A stretch of 64,000 nt of DNA, taken from positions 84,694 to 148,693 of the forward strand of contig JALMLS010000561.1 of the NCBI GenBank assembly GCA_038496445.1, written 5' to 3'. Source of the DNA: Trichosphaerium sp. ATCC 40318 (Eukaryota > Protista > Tubulinea). Position numbers and translations under genes: made by a program. Positions 62,082-64,000 of the stretch are shown piece by piece (position 1 is the first letter of the stretch; the number at the start of each line of letters is the position of its first letter). Under the pieces are notes generated by a model that worked only from the letters and a program-made list of their open reading frames with translations, was not told where the DNA came from and ran no database searches.

Positions 62082-64000
62082 ATGCGTGATAATATCTTGA
62101 CTATATTTGGTGCGTGTCTATTTCGTATTTTAATGAACAAGCTGTTAAACTACACAATCCTAATTAAATCTTTTTACCTTTCATTTGCCAGCTTGTTTAT
62201 GCTTATTGCTCGTTTAATCTGTTAACTCTAGGTGTCTTTATATCCCTATCTTCTTTGTTGGTAGTAGTAGGAGCTTTAAGAAACAACAACACTATTGTCA
62301 TAGGGTTCAGTTATAACTTTAACCTTACTGTACAACAAGTAAGAAAAAAAAAGAAAGCTGCTGCACTCACAAAACCGTTTAGAATAATTTTGGCAGGCTC
62401 TTCTTAAAGGTGTTGAGTTGTGGAAGAATAAAACAAATGAAGCAGGTGGTATTGTGGTTGCTGGAAGAAATTATTCGGTACTTAAATAATTAGCAATCCT
62501 GTGCTTCTTTTTCGAAGCACGTGGAGATTTAGATATGATCACTTTGTGTTTTTTGTGATTAATCTCGGGTTTTAGGTTGAGCTAGATGCTCATCCAAGTG
62601 ATAATACTCCTTCTTCTTTGACTAGAATTTATACAGGGCTTGTTAATGACCCTGAAGTAGACTTTCTTTTGGGTACGTTGATTGTTTTTGTACCCGAAAA
62701 CTCAAAACACAAAAAATAACCATTATGTTTAGCTCCAGGAAATACAGCCAGAAGCATCTTCGTTGCTTCTACTATTGTTGATAAAGCACCAACACCTCAG
62801 ATAATGGTTGGTACAACTGTTGCGTCTGGGCGCTTTAATGAAGACCGTAAAAAACGCATTTACAGTAGTATCAGAATCATCAAAGTACGCAGTGTAGATA
62901 GAAAATTCTTTGTGATTTATTTTCTTTCAGGTTAGGTCACGTGGCTATACCTTTTTTCGCCAACACAATGTCGAGTCAATCACCTTTCTTATATACGAAA
63001 GCAACACAGGCGGCGTTCCGTGTACAGGGATGGAGGATATTGTACACACTCACTGACTAAATGGTTTTACTAATACTTTTTGTGGCAGGCTGGTTACAAC
63101 GGAGTTAGAACTTTTAAGTATTTCTATGTAAATGGCACCACTCTTGAAAATTCTGAAGGACTTGGGTTGCAGCTTTTGACGTATGATCACGTGAACTAGA
63201 CTATTTTAGACTTGAATTAACTGAAAAACAAAGGGGATTATTCGTGAAGATAGTGATGCTCTCGTTTCATGTGGTTCACCGCAGGTGGCCTTAGAGTGGA
63301 TGCTACCAAAGATGAGACAAGTTGGATGGACACCTAAGATATTGCTTGTCATACCTCTTAGCGCTTTTGCCCTTTTCGATCCTGAGCTACGTCAGTATGC
63401 TTGTACAGTTTCTGTTGTAAGCTACAATGCACAATTTTACATCTGATGGTACTCCGTAGAGTAGCAGCGATTCCACTAGGGTTGACCCGTTTTTTGGTAC
63501 CATACGAGATGTAATCGCTGGAGTTCGTAAGGCTGCACCTCAGTTACCAGGCGCTGCAATTAACATAGCACCTATTAGCGCTGCAGCTGCTCTAATGCTA
63601 GGTGAAGCAATTCAGGTACACTCTTAGCTTAGCTGGCGAGATCTCACCTTACAAAGGCTGCCGATAGTATTGAGGTACCTGATGTTATTGAGGCTATGAG
63701 AAAACTGGATATATCAACATTCTTTGGACGTGTAAGTGCAGTAGTAAATAAAACTTACATAATTATTACAATATCTAATCTATTTTTAGCTTAGGTTTTC
63801 TGTTACGAATGGACAGCTTGGTGAAGGTGTATTTAATAAGTATATAGATAAAACAACATCTTCGGTTGTAGGGCCTCTTCTTAGTGCTTCTGCAGAGCTT
63901 GTATACCCAATGCCAACATGGGATGAACGCGTACAATCAAATCAATTCGGTACATACTAAGGCCATCTTTGTTTGAAGCTTACGTGGTATGCAGGTGATA
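62082..64000 (+). CDS. Receptor with type-I periplasmic-binding-protein (Venus flytrap) ectodomain, likely class-C GPCR-like; runs off the window
   Basis: Signal peptide; GVELWKNKTNEAGGIVVAG..VEL, LVNDPEVDFLLAP, DISTFFG, LVYPMPTWDER. Confidence 0.75.

Noticed and set aside
1-64000. CRISPR arrays, tRNA/rRNA genes, U12-type introns, telomeric repeats
   Set aside because: None seen by eye; repeats present are coding or simple duplications, and GTATCC matches fall in exons

Overview
Gene-dense, AT-rich (roughly 35% GC) eukaryotic nuclear DNA with many short spliceosomal introns. Donors are typically GTAC/GTAA/GTAT/GTGC with CTAA-type branch points. Gene content and splice signals suggest a free-living protist, probably an amoebozoan (inference, not a database match). 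By hand I reconstruct about 24 protein genes, including F-box/LRR, F-box/MORN, GH28, GH59, M14 carboxypeptidase, Sua5, metzincin, PhyH fusion, DBH-like monooxygenase, CoaE, PPase, AMSH-like and a PBP1-type receptor. There is also an SRP (7SL) RNA gene that the ORF track misses, several decayed genes, and a ~1 kb repeat present twice in inverted orientation about 36 kb apart. The most unusual signals are: a roughly ten-fold excess of CACGTG; intron-rich F-box modules spliced onto single intronless, giant-virus-like repeat exons; the inverted repeat with a sharp identity step and CpG-biased divergence; and relaxed splicing (five frame-supported GC-AG introns, many AAG acceptors). Exon boundaries and counts were read by eye and may be off by a few units.
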